From an uncultured Anaerolineales bacterium (GTDB taxonomy: Bacteria > Chloroflexota > Anaerolineae > Anaerolineales > UBA11858), in assembly GCA_964621835.1 (NCBI GenBank), contig CAZUMA010000003.1, positions 1,727-65,726 of the forward strand: a stretch of 64,000 bases of DNA, read 5' to 3'. Under the pieces are notes generated by a model. That model was not told where the DNA came from and did not search any database. It saw nothing but the letters and a program-made list of their open reading frames with translations. This document shows, piece after piece, positions 19,968 through 28,817 of the stretch. The translations under genes and the position numbers were made by a program. Numbering within the stretch: the stretch's first letter is position 1; the number at the start of each line of letters is the position of its first letter.

Positions 19968-22511
19968 GTGGCCACAAAAATGAGGTTCTCCAAAAAGTCA
20001 AGGAAAGGACAGAGCATGGTGGAATTTGCCATGGTTTTTCCCCTTCTCCTGATGGTGCTTTTAGGGATCATTGAATTCGGGCGTTTTTTCTTTGTCTATT
20101 CCTCTGTGGTATCTGCAACAAGGGAAGCCGCCCGGTATGGAGCAGCGATCCAGGATGTCGGCGGTGGGATTGCCCAATATGAAGACTGCCAGGGAATCCG
20201 GGACGCAGCTGTCCGGGTTGGAGGAGTTGCAGGGATCTCAGAAAATGACGTTGAGATCAAATATGCTGATTCAACGGGAATATACTCAACTTCCTGTCCT
20301 CCTTCCCAGGAAGTCCGCCAGGAGGACCGGATTATCGTTTCCATTTCTACGGTCGTCAGTCCCCTGGTTCCCATCGTGGATATCCCCCCGATCCCTGTGG
20401 AAATGGCCAGCAACCGGACCATCCTGAAAGAGATTGCCCTGGGCAGGAGCGGAACCGGGGCGGGCGCCATCGCCGGGTCCATCACCGATGTAAATTTTAA
20501 GACCACTGCGCAAACTGCCGAGGAAACCAAAGGGACGCTCTCCGTGGACCTGGTTCTCAACCAGGTGATCGCCGACGATGTCACCGTCCCCTTTTCAGTC
20601 ACGGGAACCGCGGTGGATGGCACGGACTACAACATCACCAGCAGTCCCGTGGTCATTCCAGCAGGCTCGCAAAGCACAAAAGTTTATATCAGCCTCATCC
20701 ATGATGGCATCGATGAAGGGGCAGAATCCCTGGTCATCGGGATTGGAAATCCAACCAATGCCACCAAAGGTCCCCAGAACATTCACACGATCACAATCCA
20801 GGATCCCCCCAAGGTGAACTTTTCTGAGATCTCCTGCACAAAAAACGAGAACTCAGGAAGTACAGGGGTGATGCTGGAACTTTCCAAAGCCTCGTCTCAG
20901 GATATCACCGTCCCCTACAGCTTCAGCGGCAGTGCTTTCTGGGGCGCCACAGCGGATTATATAACCGGTCCAAACCCGATTGTCATCCCCGCTGGCTCCC
21001 TCACCCAGATGATTAATGTCACCATCCATGATGACCTCATCGATGAATATGATGAAGTGGCTACTCTTCAGCTGGAAACCCCAACCAACGCTCTGCTGGG
21101 TGGGCAGACAACCCACAGCCTGACCATTCTGGATGATGATGCGCCGCCAGAAGTGATGTTTTACTTACCCGCCCTGACCATTTCAGAAGAGGTGGGTGTT
21201 TTCACAACAACCCTCAAGCTCAGCAGCATTTCAGCGAAAGAAATCCAGCTTCCCTATATCCTCTCGGGGACCACGACCGAGGAAGATTATAACGTTCACC
21301 AACCCTCGCCGCTGACAATCCCACCTGGAAATCAGACAGTCGATCTCAGCTTTGACATTCTGGAAGGAGATGGATGGGAAGTAGATGAAACCCTGATCAT
21401 TGATCTTGACACCCCGGTGAACGCCACGAAAGGTGTCCCGGGGACCCAAACGGTGACCATTACCGAGGATACACTGATCCCAGATGTGTCCTTTGAACAG
21501 TCCTATTCCAGTGTGCTGGAGGATGGCGGCAGGCAAACGATCGGAGTGAGTTTGAGCAACGGGTGGTTTGATGACATCACAGCTCATTACTCCCTCGCGG
21601 GCACAGCGAGTGAGGGGGTCGGGGGAGATTATTTCATCGCCGCCAGCCCGCTGGTAATCCCTTCGGGTTTTCTCCGGGGAGAAATCACGCTTGATCTGGT
21701 GGATGACATTATCTCTGAGGATGATGAAACGATCACAATCACGATTAACTCAGTTGAAAACGGGAATTTGGGTGAGGCACTCAACCACACCATGACGATT
21801 GGAGATAACGACCCGATTCCGGAAGTCTCCTTTAGTACACCGCAGCAGTCCGTCACCGAAGGAAATACAACCGTCAATATCCATGTCAATCTGTCTGCCC
21901 CTTCCTCAAAAACAATCGCGGTCCCCTTTTCATTCGCCGGATCTGCAAGCGCAGGCTATGATTACAGTCCAGCTACCACTGAACTGAGTCTTGCCCCGGG
22001 AGTCACCAGCGATGTCCTGACTGTGGATATATTGGATGACGCGCTCTATGATCCTGACGAGACCGTCCTGATCAGCATTGGCTTACCAACCAATGCAATT
22101 CTCGGGGAAGTATCTGAACACACCATTAAGATCAACGACGATGAACTGCCCCCCTGCGATGTCAAAGATTCCTTACTCACTGTGGGAACCTCTTCCATCA
22201 CCTGGACGATCCGTAACGCCGGGCAGGAGGTCACCTTTACAGGCGGCAGTGTCACCTGGCCTGAAGCCACAAATGGCAAGCCCCGCCTGGCCAATATCTA
22301 TTTTTCTGGCGCAGAAGTGTACAGTGGAAACGATAAACCCACCAGCGTGAGCTACGCCGCAAGTGAGGTATTCCCATCAGAATCAGACGCTAATTTGGGG
22401 CTTGTGTTTTCAGAAGCGATGGGAGTGGGCCAGCACACCCTGGTGGCAACCTTCCAGAATGCTCAATCCGGCGATAGCTGCTCCCTGACCAAAACCTACA
22501 ATAAGCACTAA
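19968..22511 (+). CDS. TadE-like pseudopilin N-terminus fused to five Calx-beta domains and a 117-aa C-terminal domain
   Basis: N-terminus KG|QSMVEFAMVFPLLLMVLLGIIEFGRFFF...REAARYGA (TadE-like). Five repeats of about 105-115 aa each end in a Calx-beta-like block, e.g. VTIHDDLIDEYDEVATLQLETPTNALLG. Start is GTG 19968 (AAGGTG upstream) or ATG 19980. Confidence 0.8.
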   Translation: MATKMRFSKKSRKGQSMVEFAMVFPLLLMVLLGIIEFGRFFFVYSSVVSATREAARYGAAIQDVGGGIAQYEDCQGIRDAAVRVGGVAGISENDVEIKYADSTGIYSTSCPPSQEVRQEDRIIVSISTVVSPLVPIVDIPPIPVEMASNRTILKEIALGRSGTGAGAIAGSITDVNFKTTAQTAEETKGTLSVDLVLNQVIADDVTVPFSVTGTAVDGTDYNITSSPVVIPAGSQSTKVYISLIHDGIDEGAESLVIGIGNPTNATKGPQNIHTITIQDPPKVNFSEISCTKNENSGSTGVMLELSKASSQDITVPYSFSGSAFWGATADYITGPNPIVIPAGSLTQMINVTIHDDLIDEYDEVATLQLETPTNALLGGQTTHSLTILDDDAPPEVMFYLPALTISEEVGVFTTTLKLSSISAKEIQLPYILSGTTTEEDYNVHQPSPLTIPPGNQTVDLSFDILEGDGWEVDETLIIDLDTPVNATKGVPGTQTVTITEDTLIPDVSFEQSYSSVLEDGGRQTIGVSLSNGWFDDITAHYSLAGTASEGVGGDYFIAASPLVIPSGFLRGEITLDLVDDIISEDDETITITINSVENGNLGEALNHTMTIGDNDPIPEVSFSTPQQSVTEGNTTVNIHVNLSAPSSKTIAVPFSFAGSASAGYDYSPATTELSLAPGVTSDVLTVDILDDALYDPDETVLISIGLPTNAILGEVSEHTIKINDDELPPCDVKDSLLTVGTSSITWTIRNAGQEVTFTGGSVTWPEATNGKPRLANIYFSGAEVYSGNDKPTSVSYAASEVFPSESDANLGLVFSEAMGVGQHTLVATFQNAQSGDSCSLTKTYNKH
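20484..22157 (+). repeat. Protein-level tandem array of five diverged Calx-beta-type domains inside the 19968-22511 CDS
   Basis: Recurring pattern (D)ITVPFS..G(T/S)A..G.DY......(V/L)(V/T)IP(A/P)G.......(I/V).(I/L).DD...(D/E).DE(T/V)..(I/L).(I/L)..P.NA..G seen five times. Confidence 0.75.
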
Positions 22512-22523
22512 GGACCTTGAAGC

Positions 22524-22982
22524 ATGCATCAAAAAACGCGCAATGACGAGAGGGGACAGAGTCTAACAGAATTTTCGATGTGCCTGGTCTTCCTGTTGGT
22601 CTTGCTCGCGGGTGTGGCTGATTTCGGCCGGGCATACTTTTCTTATATCATCATCCGGGATGCAGCCCAAGAAGGCGCAGTTTATGGGGCAATTACAGAG
22701 AAGAGCAATATTTCTGATTTCAAAAATCGGGTTGAGCAGCGGGTCAGAACAGCGTTCATCGATCCAGCGGATCCGGATAAAATCCCAATTGATGTTGATG
22801 TCCTTTCTGTAACCACAGATATCATTGGCAGTCCCTGTGCCGGCGTTGGAAACAGCGTCCGGGTCACGGTTGATTATTCTGTTCCTATTGCCACCCCATT
22901 TCTGGGGACGGTGCTGGGAACCCAAGAAATCCTCATGAGCACAAGCATTGAAGACACAACCCTTTATCCAATATGTCCCTAG
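22524..22982 (+). CDS. TadE/TadF-like pseudopilin
   Basis: N-terminus RG|QSLTEFSMCLVFLLVLLAGVADFGRAYF...RDAAQEGAVYGA; 152 aa. Confidence 0.8.
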   Translation: MHQKTRNDERGQSLTEFSMCLVFLLVLLAGVADFGRAYFSYIIIRDAAQEGAVYGAITEKSNISDFKNRVEQRVRTAFIDPADPDKIPIDVDVLSVTTDIIGSPCAGVGNSVRVTVDYSVPIATPFLGTVLGTQEILMSTSIEDTTLYPICP

Positions 22983-23016
22983 AAAATAACCAGGTCTTCA
23001 GTAGGAACCAAAAGAT

Positions 23017-24330
23017 ATGAATCAATATAATCAATCAGAACGAGGCCAGGTCCTTGTTTTCCTTGCTTTGGTCCTGGTGGTGCTGCTCGGTTTTGCTGCG
23101 TTAGCCATCGATGGAGGGATGCTGTATTCGGATCGACGTCACGCCCAGAACGCTGCTGACTCCTCCTCATTAGCGGGCGCTAACGCTGCGGCCATCTTCA
23201 TGACCAACTACGCGGTAAATTACAATGCTTTTGTCTGTGGAACCAGCGGTACTTATCATACTGGACAGGCGGCGATTAATGCTGGCATTGACCGTGCGCA
23301 AAGCAATGATTATATTCTTGACAGTGACACCAGCGACCATCACGGTGTGACCGCCGAATGCGGCATTAATGATCATGGAAGTTATTTGGAAAAATATATT
23401 GATGTGGTGACTGATATTACCCGGGAAACGAAAACTAATTTTGCCCACCTGGTATATGATGGCCCCCTGGTCAGTGAAGTAGAAGCCGTGGCCAGGGTGT
23501 ATCCCCCGATGCCGCTTGCCTATGGTCATGCCATCGTGGCCCTTAACACAGATGCTTGCTCTGGGAACCAGAATGGTGTGATCTTTTCTGGAAGCAGCAC
23601 AACCACGGTCACAGGGGGGGGTGTCTGGTCAAACGGCTGCTTAACGGGAAATGGGACCAGTTTTAATGTCACCGTTAATGATGGCGGTGTTGGCTTCGCT
23701 GGTTCCTCAACCGGGACGCTTTCCAACATCAATCCCGCCCCAAACTATATCCCCTTTCCTCTCCCATCCCACTCCTCTGAGGTCCCCCCTCCTGATTGCT
23801 CCGGACTCCCTGCTGAGAGCGCTCCCAATGCCGGGTCGGCAACGATTGCTCCGGGGGTCTATGACCACATCAAATGGACCAATGGGGATCTCACCCTGCA
23901 GCCGGGTTTATACTGTATCACCGGTAAGAAAGGCTTCTCGGCTAACGGCGGTGAGCTGTACGGGGACGGGGTGACGATATACCTGATTGGCGGAGGTATG
24001 ACCATCAATGGGAATGTGTCCCCTGTTGATTTGAGAGCTCCGGAGGAATCCCCCGATCCCGCTCCAGCTGTCCCGGGAATCCTCGTCTATATGGCCCAGG
24101 GCAACACGGATACGATCAGTCTGACAGGAAACAGCACATCATTTTATCTGGGCGCAATCTATGCACCCGATGGAGAAATATTCGCCTCAGGATCAAGTGG
24201 AACCAGTCCCACTTTTAACACCCAGCTGATTGGCAATAATGTCGAAGTCAGTGGTGGTGCAACGATCGACATCAACTTCAACGACGATGAGAATTATGAA
24301 AAGCCTCCTTACTTGAATTTGCAAAAATAA
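23017..24330 (+). CDS. TadG-like pilus-assembly protein (Tad N-terminal domain plus a Gly/Ser/Thr-rich beta-rich C-terminal region)
   Basis: ERGQVLVFLALVLVVLLGFAALAIDGGMLYSDRRHAQNAADSSSLAGA matches the TadG/Tad N-terminal pattern. Confidence 0.75.
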   Translation: MNQYNQSERGQVLVFLALVLVVLLGFAALAIDGGMLYSDRRHAQNAADSSSLAGANAAAIFMTNYAVNYNAFVCGTSGTYHTGQAAINAGIDRAQSNDYILDSDTSDHHGVTAECGINDHGSYLEKYIDVVTDITRETKTNFAHLVYDGPLVSEVEAVARVYPPMPLAYGHAIVALNTDACSGNQNGVIFSGSSTTTVTGGGVWSNGCLTGNGTSFNVTVNDGGVGFAGSSTGTLSNINPAPNYIPFPLPSHSSEVPPPDCSGLPAESAPNAGSATIAPGVYDHIKWTNGDLTLQPGLYCITGKKGFSANGGELYGDGVTIYLIGGGMTINGNVSPVDLRAPEESPDPAPAVPGILVYMAQGNTDTISLTGNSTSFYLGAIYAPDGEIFASGSSGTSPTFNTQLIGNNVEVSGGATIDINFNDDENYEKPPYLNLQK

Positions 24331-24482
24331 ATACACAAAACCTTTTCCGTCCCCAGATACATCCCCTCCAAACCGGTTGATCTGTCGTGAGCGCAGCACG
24401 CTCCCGTCGTATTCCTCCTTTACAAAACAACAAGGAATACGATATAGTATTGTGTAATTGGTATTTATTAAGGGAGTTGAGT

Positions 24483-24926
24483 ATGAAAAACAAAATGGTT
24501 TTCTTGATTGCGATCCTCTTGATCTCCCTGTCCCTCGCTGCCTGTGGCGCCCCCACTGAACCAGAGCCTGCTGAACCAACAGCAGAAACAGAACCGGCAG
24601 TAGAGGAAGAAACAGAGGTTGAGGTTGAGCCTGTGGAAGAGGCTGAAACAGAGGAAGAGCAGGATGCCGAGCCGGAAGAAGAGTCGGAACCTGTGGCAGC
24701 GATCGACGGGGCCGCTATTTATGCCAGCAACTGTGCGGGCTGCCATGGAGCGGATCGGTCCGGTAATAACGGTCCTGCCCTGCTGCCAGATCGCCTTTCC
24801 CCGGATGCCGCGGTGCATGTCGAGATCATCACCAACGGCCGTGGGGGGATGCCCGCCTTCAGCGACCGATTGACCGCGGAAGAAATTGACGCTGTGGTCA
24901 GCTTTATCCTCACGGAACCTGAATAG
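24483..24926 (+). CDS. Lipoprotein class-I c-type cytochrome with an acidic E/P-rich linker
   Basis: Lipobox LSLAAC|G, a long EPxxE linker, one CxxCH (CAGCHG) and a distal GGMPAF (Met ligand). Start trimmed to the ATG at 24483 after AAGGGAG. Confidence 0.8.
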   Translation: MKNKMVFLIAILLISLSLAACGAPTEPEPAEPTAETEPAVEEETEVEVEPVEEAETEEEQDAEPEEESEPVAAIDGAAIYASNCAGCHGADRSGNNGPALLPDRLSPDAAVHVEIITNGRGGMPAFSDRLTAEEIDAVVSFILTEPE

Positions 24927-25016
24927 TCAGTATATCAAGGGACCATCAGCAGCATCTGATATACTAGGGGATGTGAGCTAAACCTAAAAAGAAAAAATCA
25001 CCAAAGGAGTGGATAC

Positions 25017-25373
25017 ATGTCAGAAGAAATTGTCAACACCTCTCCAACCGGAGAAGAAATTACCAGTGATGATAAGTTGTGGGCTGCCCTCAGCTGGATC
25101 CCTTATGTAGGATGGATTCTGGCCATCATCGCCCTGCTCGTTGAGCCCCAGAAAAACCGGGCCTTTGTTCGTTTCCACGCTGTGCAAGCGCTCGGCGCCA
25201 GCGTGATTTTAGGGGTCATCAGCATCGTGCTGGGCTTTACCGTCATCCTGGCCTGCATCGCCCCCTTCCTGTACCTGATTACAATTTATCCAGCCATCAA
25301 GGCGTACCAGGGAGAATGGTTAGAAATCCCCTGGCTGACCGAGTTCTGCAAAGACCAGGGCTGGATCTCCTAA
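25017..25373 (+). CDS. Small membrane protein, DUF4870-like
   Basis: DKLWAALSWIPYVGWILAIIALLVEPQKNRAFVRFHAVQAL plus 2-3 TM segments; AAAGGAG RBS. Confidence 0.55.
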   Translation: MSEEIVNTSPTGEEITSDDKLWAALSWIPYVGWILAIIALLVEPQKNRAFVRFHAVQALGASVILGVISIVLGFTVILACIAPFLYLITIYPAIKAYQGEWLEIPWLTEFCKDQGWIS

Positions 25374-25395
25374 GATCATCTCTTTATCAACCATA

Positions 25396-25428
25396 AAACA
25401 ACCCTTCTCTCGTTGAGAAGGGTTGTTT
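25396..25428. terminator. Bidirectional intrinsic terminator between the convergent DUF4870 and FHA genes
   Basis: Perfect 14-bp stem AAACAACCCTTCTC / GAGAAGGGTTGTTT with loop TCGTT, flanked by A/T runs on both sides. Confidence 0.8.
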
Positions 25429-25498
25429 GGTTCCAGGATACGCGACCTGCTAACTAAGGAAATTCGGGTCCCCAATTCAGCGCTGGCTCAGGAAGCTT

Positions 25499-26080
25499 TC
25501 AACCAGATGTTCTTTCCTTCACCATGGTGACATCGTCCTCAAATCCGGCTGTGTTGGAAACCTCACCCGTTGAGTCTATTGTCGCTTTTTTCTGTCTGAC
25601 CGGAGTATATATTAAGGTTGCAGTATCGCCCAATTGAACCTTGTCTCCATAAACCAGCGGCCCAGGGGTTGATTTGAGCTTTTCCCCATTCAGATACGTG
25701 CCAAAGCGTGAGCCAAGATCATGAAGAAGGCTTTGATTATTCAATTGGGTAATTTTGGCATGGGAGCGGGAGACTGAGGCTTCCTTAAGAAGGACATCAT
25801 TGTCTCCGGCTCTCCCAAGATACGTCGGGAGGCTGAACACCGGAAATTCCTTCCCCAGCTGGCTTGCAAACTCGCTGTGGATCACAATCAGTTTACCAAC
25901 AACTGCTCTTTCCTTCTTTCCCTTGTTGTTTTGTACAGATTTTTGTCTTCCTGTGACCATTGCTCTCGTTCCTCTTGGGTTGACTGTCAATTTTTTATTC
26001 CGGGATGACAGGTCGGCAAATTTATTTTTTGCACTTACCGTCCATTGATCAATTATTTCTATAATTCTTTCAAAAACCAT
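25499..26080 (-). CDS. FHA domain-containing protein
   Basis: YLGRAGDNDVLLKEASVSRSHAKI...DLGSRFGTYLNGEKL...GDKVQLGD is a canonical FHA core. The start is uncertain. Confidence 0.8.
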   Translation of the reverse strand: MVFERIIEIIDQWTVSAKNKFADLSSRNKKLTVNPRGTRAMVTGRQKSVQNNKGKKERAVVGKLIVIHSEFASQLGKEFPVFSLPTYLGRAGDNDVLLKEASVSRSHAKITQLNNQSLLHDLGSRFGTYLNGEKLKSTPGPLVYGDKVQLGDTATLIYTPVRQKKATIDSTGEVSNTAGFEDDVTMVKERTSG

Positions 26081-26447
26081 TATTTTCCCCTGCGCTGATT
26101 TGACATTTGATCGGCCTTTATTTCCAGGAAAACAAAACTTCTGTTACCATTATATGGCAGCCTTAATCAGATATACTCTCAGATATGTTAGCGGTCCCGG
26201 ATCACGAGGTTTGTGAGCTTACAGTTTTCTACAGCTTTCCGGGGGAATTTGAAAACCACCCGCTTCCAAACGATCGCCGTACTTCTTTGGCTGATCCTGT
26301 TTGGAGATAGGATTGATTGATACAATGTGGGTAGTGAACCCTCAACTCAGAAAATTATCACATTCTCTGTTTGGATCGATAAAAAATGCCTGAACAACAT
26401 TCTCCCTCTCAAATCACGAGTTATCATCTCCTGGCGGAGCAGCGCAA

Positions 26448-27656
26448 ATGACAGCTCAAATTCTTATTGCGGATGACGAACGAAGCTCTCGTGAGCTCAT
26501 CTCCAATTCTCTGAAAACCAAGGGGTATGAATCCATCGTTTTTGAGTCCGGCAAGAGCCTCCTGGATGAAATTGACCAATATGATCCTGGTCTGATTATC
26601 TTGGATGTGATGATGCCTGACCTGAATGGTTACCAGGTCTGCAAGCTTTTAAGGGAAAGGGAAAGCACCAAACACACCCCGGTGATTATCGTCACAGCCA
26701 TGGAATCCTTAGAAAGCAAGATGAAAGGGTTTGAAGCAGGGGCGGACGATTACCTTACCAAGCCATTTGAGGTCAAAGAATTGCAAGCCCGGGTTGAAGT
26801 CTGGCTGCGGAGAGCCATGGCTGCCACGGTCAGTGACGAACTCCTGGAAAGCAAATCCCTGGCTATCTATTCCCTGCGGGGAGGCATTGGTGTCTCCTCA
26901 ATTGCCGCCAATCTCTCCGCAGGATTAGCAGAAATCTGGAACCTTCCCACTGCATTAATCGATCTCTCGATGGTTTCTGGACACAGCGCCCTGTTAATGA
27001 ACACCCCGATTGTCCATTCCTGGACAGATCTCGCCGGCTTTCCCCTTGAAGATGTCACCTTGGATGTTCTAAATCAGGTCATGCTTACCCACCCAAGCGG
27101 GGTCCGGATTCTTGCCGCCCCAAAAGATCCCCAGGACGCTGAAAGGATCTCTCCAGATCTAGTTACCCGGGTTCTCAATCTTCTCGATAAACAATATCAT
27201 TACCTGGTCTTTGATCTCCCCCATAATTTCAACAGCTTCACCCTGGGCGGACTGGATTTTGCAGATCAAATCATCTATGTCCTGGCCCCTGAACTGGCTG
27301 CCATCCGGTCCACCTCTATCGCTCTCAATGTTTTTTCAGACCTGGAGTATCCAGCCAGCAAAGTGTTCCTGCTGCTGAATTGGGTTTTTGAACGCCGCGG
27401 CTTAGCAAAAGAGGACATCGAGAAAGCACTGGGGCAAAAAGTAGATTTGGTGCTTCCATATCTGGGCCAAGAACTTGTGACCGCGATTAATTTGGGCCGT
27501 CCTCCGGTTCTGGAAAAACCCGATGAAACCATCGGTTCACTGTTTGAGGATTTAGCCTTTTATTTCAGTAAAAAGGAACACCGTCAGAAAAAACCTGATC
27601 AACCAACAGAAGCATATATGCGGATTTTTAACAGGTACAAGAACAGGAAAAAATAA
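26448..27656 (+). CDS. Response-regulator receiver fused to a CpaE/TadZ-type (MinD/ParA-fold) pilus-assembly domain with a degenerate Walker A
   Basis: Canonical REC residues are present (ADDE, ILDVMMPD, VTA, TKPF). The MinD/ParA-like domain has LRGGIGVSS (26874-26900) in place of KGGxGK[ST], plus LVFDLP and VLAPEL. Confidence 0.8.
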   Translation: MTAQILIADDERSSRELISNSLKTKGYESIVFESGKSLLDEIDQYDPGLIILDVMMPDLNGYQVCKLLRERESTKHTPVIIVTAMESLESKMKGFEAGADDYLTKPFEVKELQARVEVWLRRAMAATVSDELLESKSLAIYSLRGGIGVSSIAANLSAGLAEIWNLPTALIDLSMVSGHSALLMNTPIVHSWTDLAGFPLEDVTLDVLNQVMLTHPSGVRILAAPKDPQDAERISPDLVTRVLNLLDKQYHYLVFDLPHNFNSFTLGGLDFADQIIYVLAPELAAIRSTSIALNVFSDLEYPASKVFLLLNWVFERRGLAKEDIEKALGQKVDLVLPYLGQELVTAINLGRPPVLEKPDETIGSLFEDLAFYFSKKEHRQKKPDQPTEAYMRIFNRYKNRKK

Positions 27657-27673
27657 AATTTTCCGGATCAGTT

Positions 27674-28108
27674 TCAATCTAAAGGTATCTGGGTGGTAGT
27701 GTACTGAATGATCCCCACATCGAAAGTTTCCCCCGCTTGCAGCTGATATGGAAATTGAAAAGCCATTTCCCCATAGCCAACCAACAGCATTACATTCCCT
27801 GGCGGCAGTCCAGTCAGGGTAAATTCACCAGCAGCGTTCGCGTTTGTTCTGAGCTCTGTTCCCAATACCATCACTTCAGCTGGGACCGGTTGTTGAAACT
27901 CGTCAACCACTTTTCCAGTTATTGACGCCGTTCCCCTCCGGGGGGATTGATTCCTGCTGGTCACAAATGTGACCAGGAACAAACCTGTAATAGCCGCAAG
28001 TAAAAGATAAATGGCAATTCTTGCTCCAGAGGGGTTATGTTGTCTTTGGCTACCTGCTTGAAGTCCAGCTTGAAAGTCCTCTAAGGACGGTGAATCCTGT
28101 AAGCTCAT
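27674..28108 (-). CDS. Single-pass membrane protein with a carboxypeptidase-regulatory-like (prealbumin-fold) domain
   Basis: One TM segment (IAIYLLLAAITGLFLVTFV) followed by ITGKVVDEFQQPVPAEVMVLGTELRTNANAAGEFTLTGLPPGN. Confidence 0.55.
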   Translation of the reverse strand: MSLQDSPSLEDFQAGLQAGSQRQHNPSGARIAIYLLLAAITGLFLVTFVTSRNQSPRRGTASITGKVVDEFQQPVPAEVMVLGTELRTNANAAGEFTLTGLPPGNVMLLVGYGEMAFQFPYQLQAGETFDVGIIQYTTTQIPLD

Positions 28109-28116
28109 CCTCGCTC

Positions 28117-28788
28117 CTAATGCCTAGAGACAGAAATCCTCTCAATACAAAGATGTGAATTACCCCATACACGAACCCCAACCCCACCGGATTGATAAGA
28201 ATCGTCGGTCACAGAAAGAACTTCCTCTCCATCGATAAAGGCGGTGAATGTATCCCCCGAAATATGGATTTTGACAGCTCTTGGGCTGCTGTACCAATCA
28301 TAATCATGGGGAGCGTACTCCCGGGCAATCGGAGGGAGCTCATAACCATTGACCCATTTTCTGAACAAGAAAGCTCCTGATCCGTACCCCGGATCATATT
28401 GAAAATTGTACCCGTCAAACCCGCTCTTGTCTCTTTGTGTCCTAAAAAACAACCCATACCCCATACCCTGCGTGAGATGAGCCTGGCTGACCTGGACTGT
28501 GTAGTCTTCCCCAAAAAAATCATTGGCAAAGAAATAACCCCAGTTTTGACAGCAAACTCTCCCTCCCTCCTCCGTGCAATTGCCTTTATAAACTTCCCAA
28601 TCCAGCAGATCCTGATCACAGGCGTCTACTCCGATTTCTGACATGATCTGGCAGTAAACCCCTCTCAGGTCAACGCCGGCAGCAGAGAGTGCCCCCACCA
28701 GAAAAACACTCGCAAGAAGAAGTATCAACCCATATTCCAGGAGACTCTGTCCTGATGGATAGATGCTGATTTTCTTCCCTTTATTCAT
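28117..28788 (-). CDS. Flp-type prepilin-like N-terminus fused to a ConA-like lectin/glucanase-fold (DUF1080-like) domain
   Basis: N-terminus MNKGKKISIYPSG|QSLLEYGLILLLASVFLVGAL fits the G/xxxxEY Flp motif. The C-terminal ~160 aa (GYGLFFRTQ...GYNFQYDP...AFIDGEEV...GGVGVRVWGNSHLCIERISV) resembles DUF1080/LamG-type folds. Confidence 0.55.
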   Translation of the reverse strand: MNKGKKISIYPSGQSLLEYGLILLLASVFLVGALSAAGVDLRGVYCQIMSEIGVDACDQDLLDWEVYKGNCTEEGGRVCCQNWGYFFANDFFGEDYTVQVSQAHLTQGMGYGLFFRTQRDKSGFDGYNFQYDPGYGSGAFLFRKWVNGYELPPIAREYAPHDYDWYSSPRAVKIHISGDTFTAFIDGEEVLSVTDDSYQSGGVGVRVWGNSHLCIERISVSRH

Positions 28789-28817
28789 ACCTCTCCCAAG
28801 CCGGTAATCTTGCTGAT

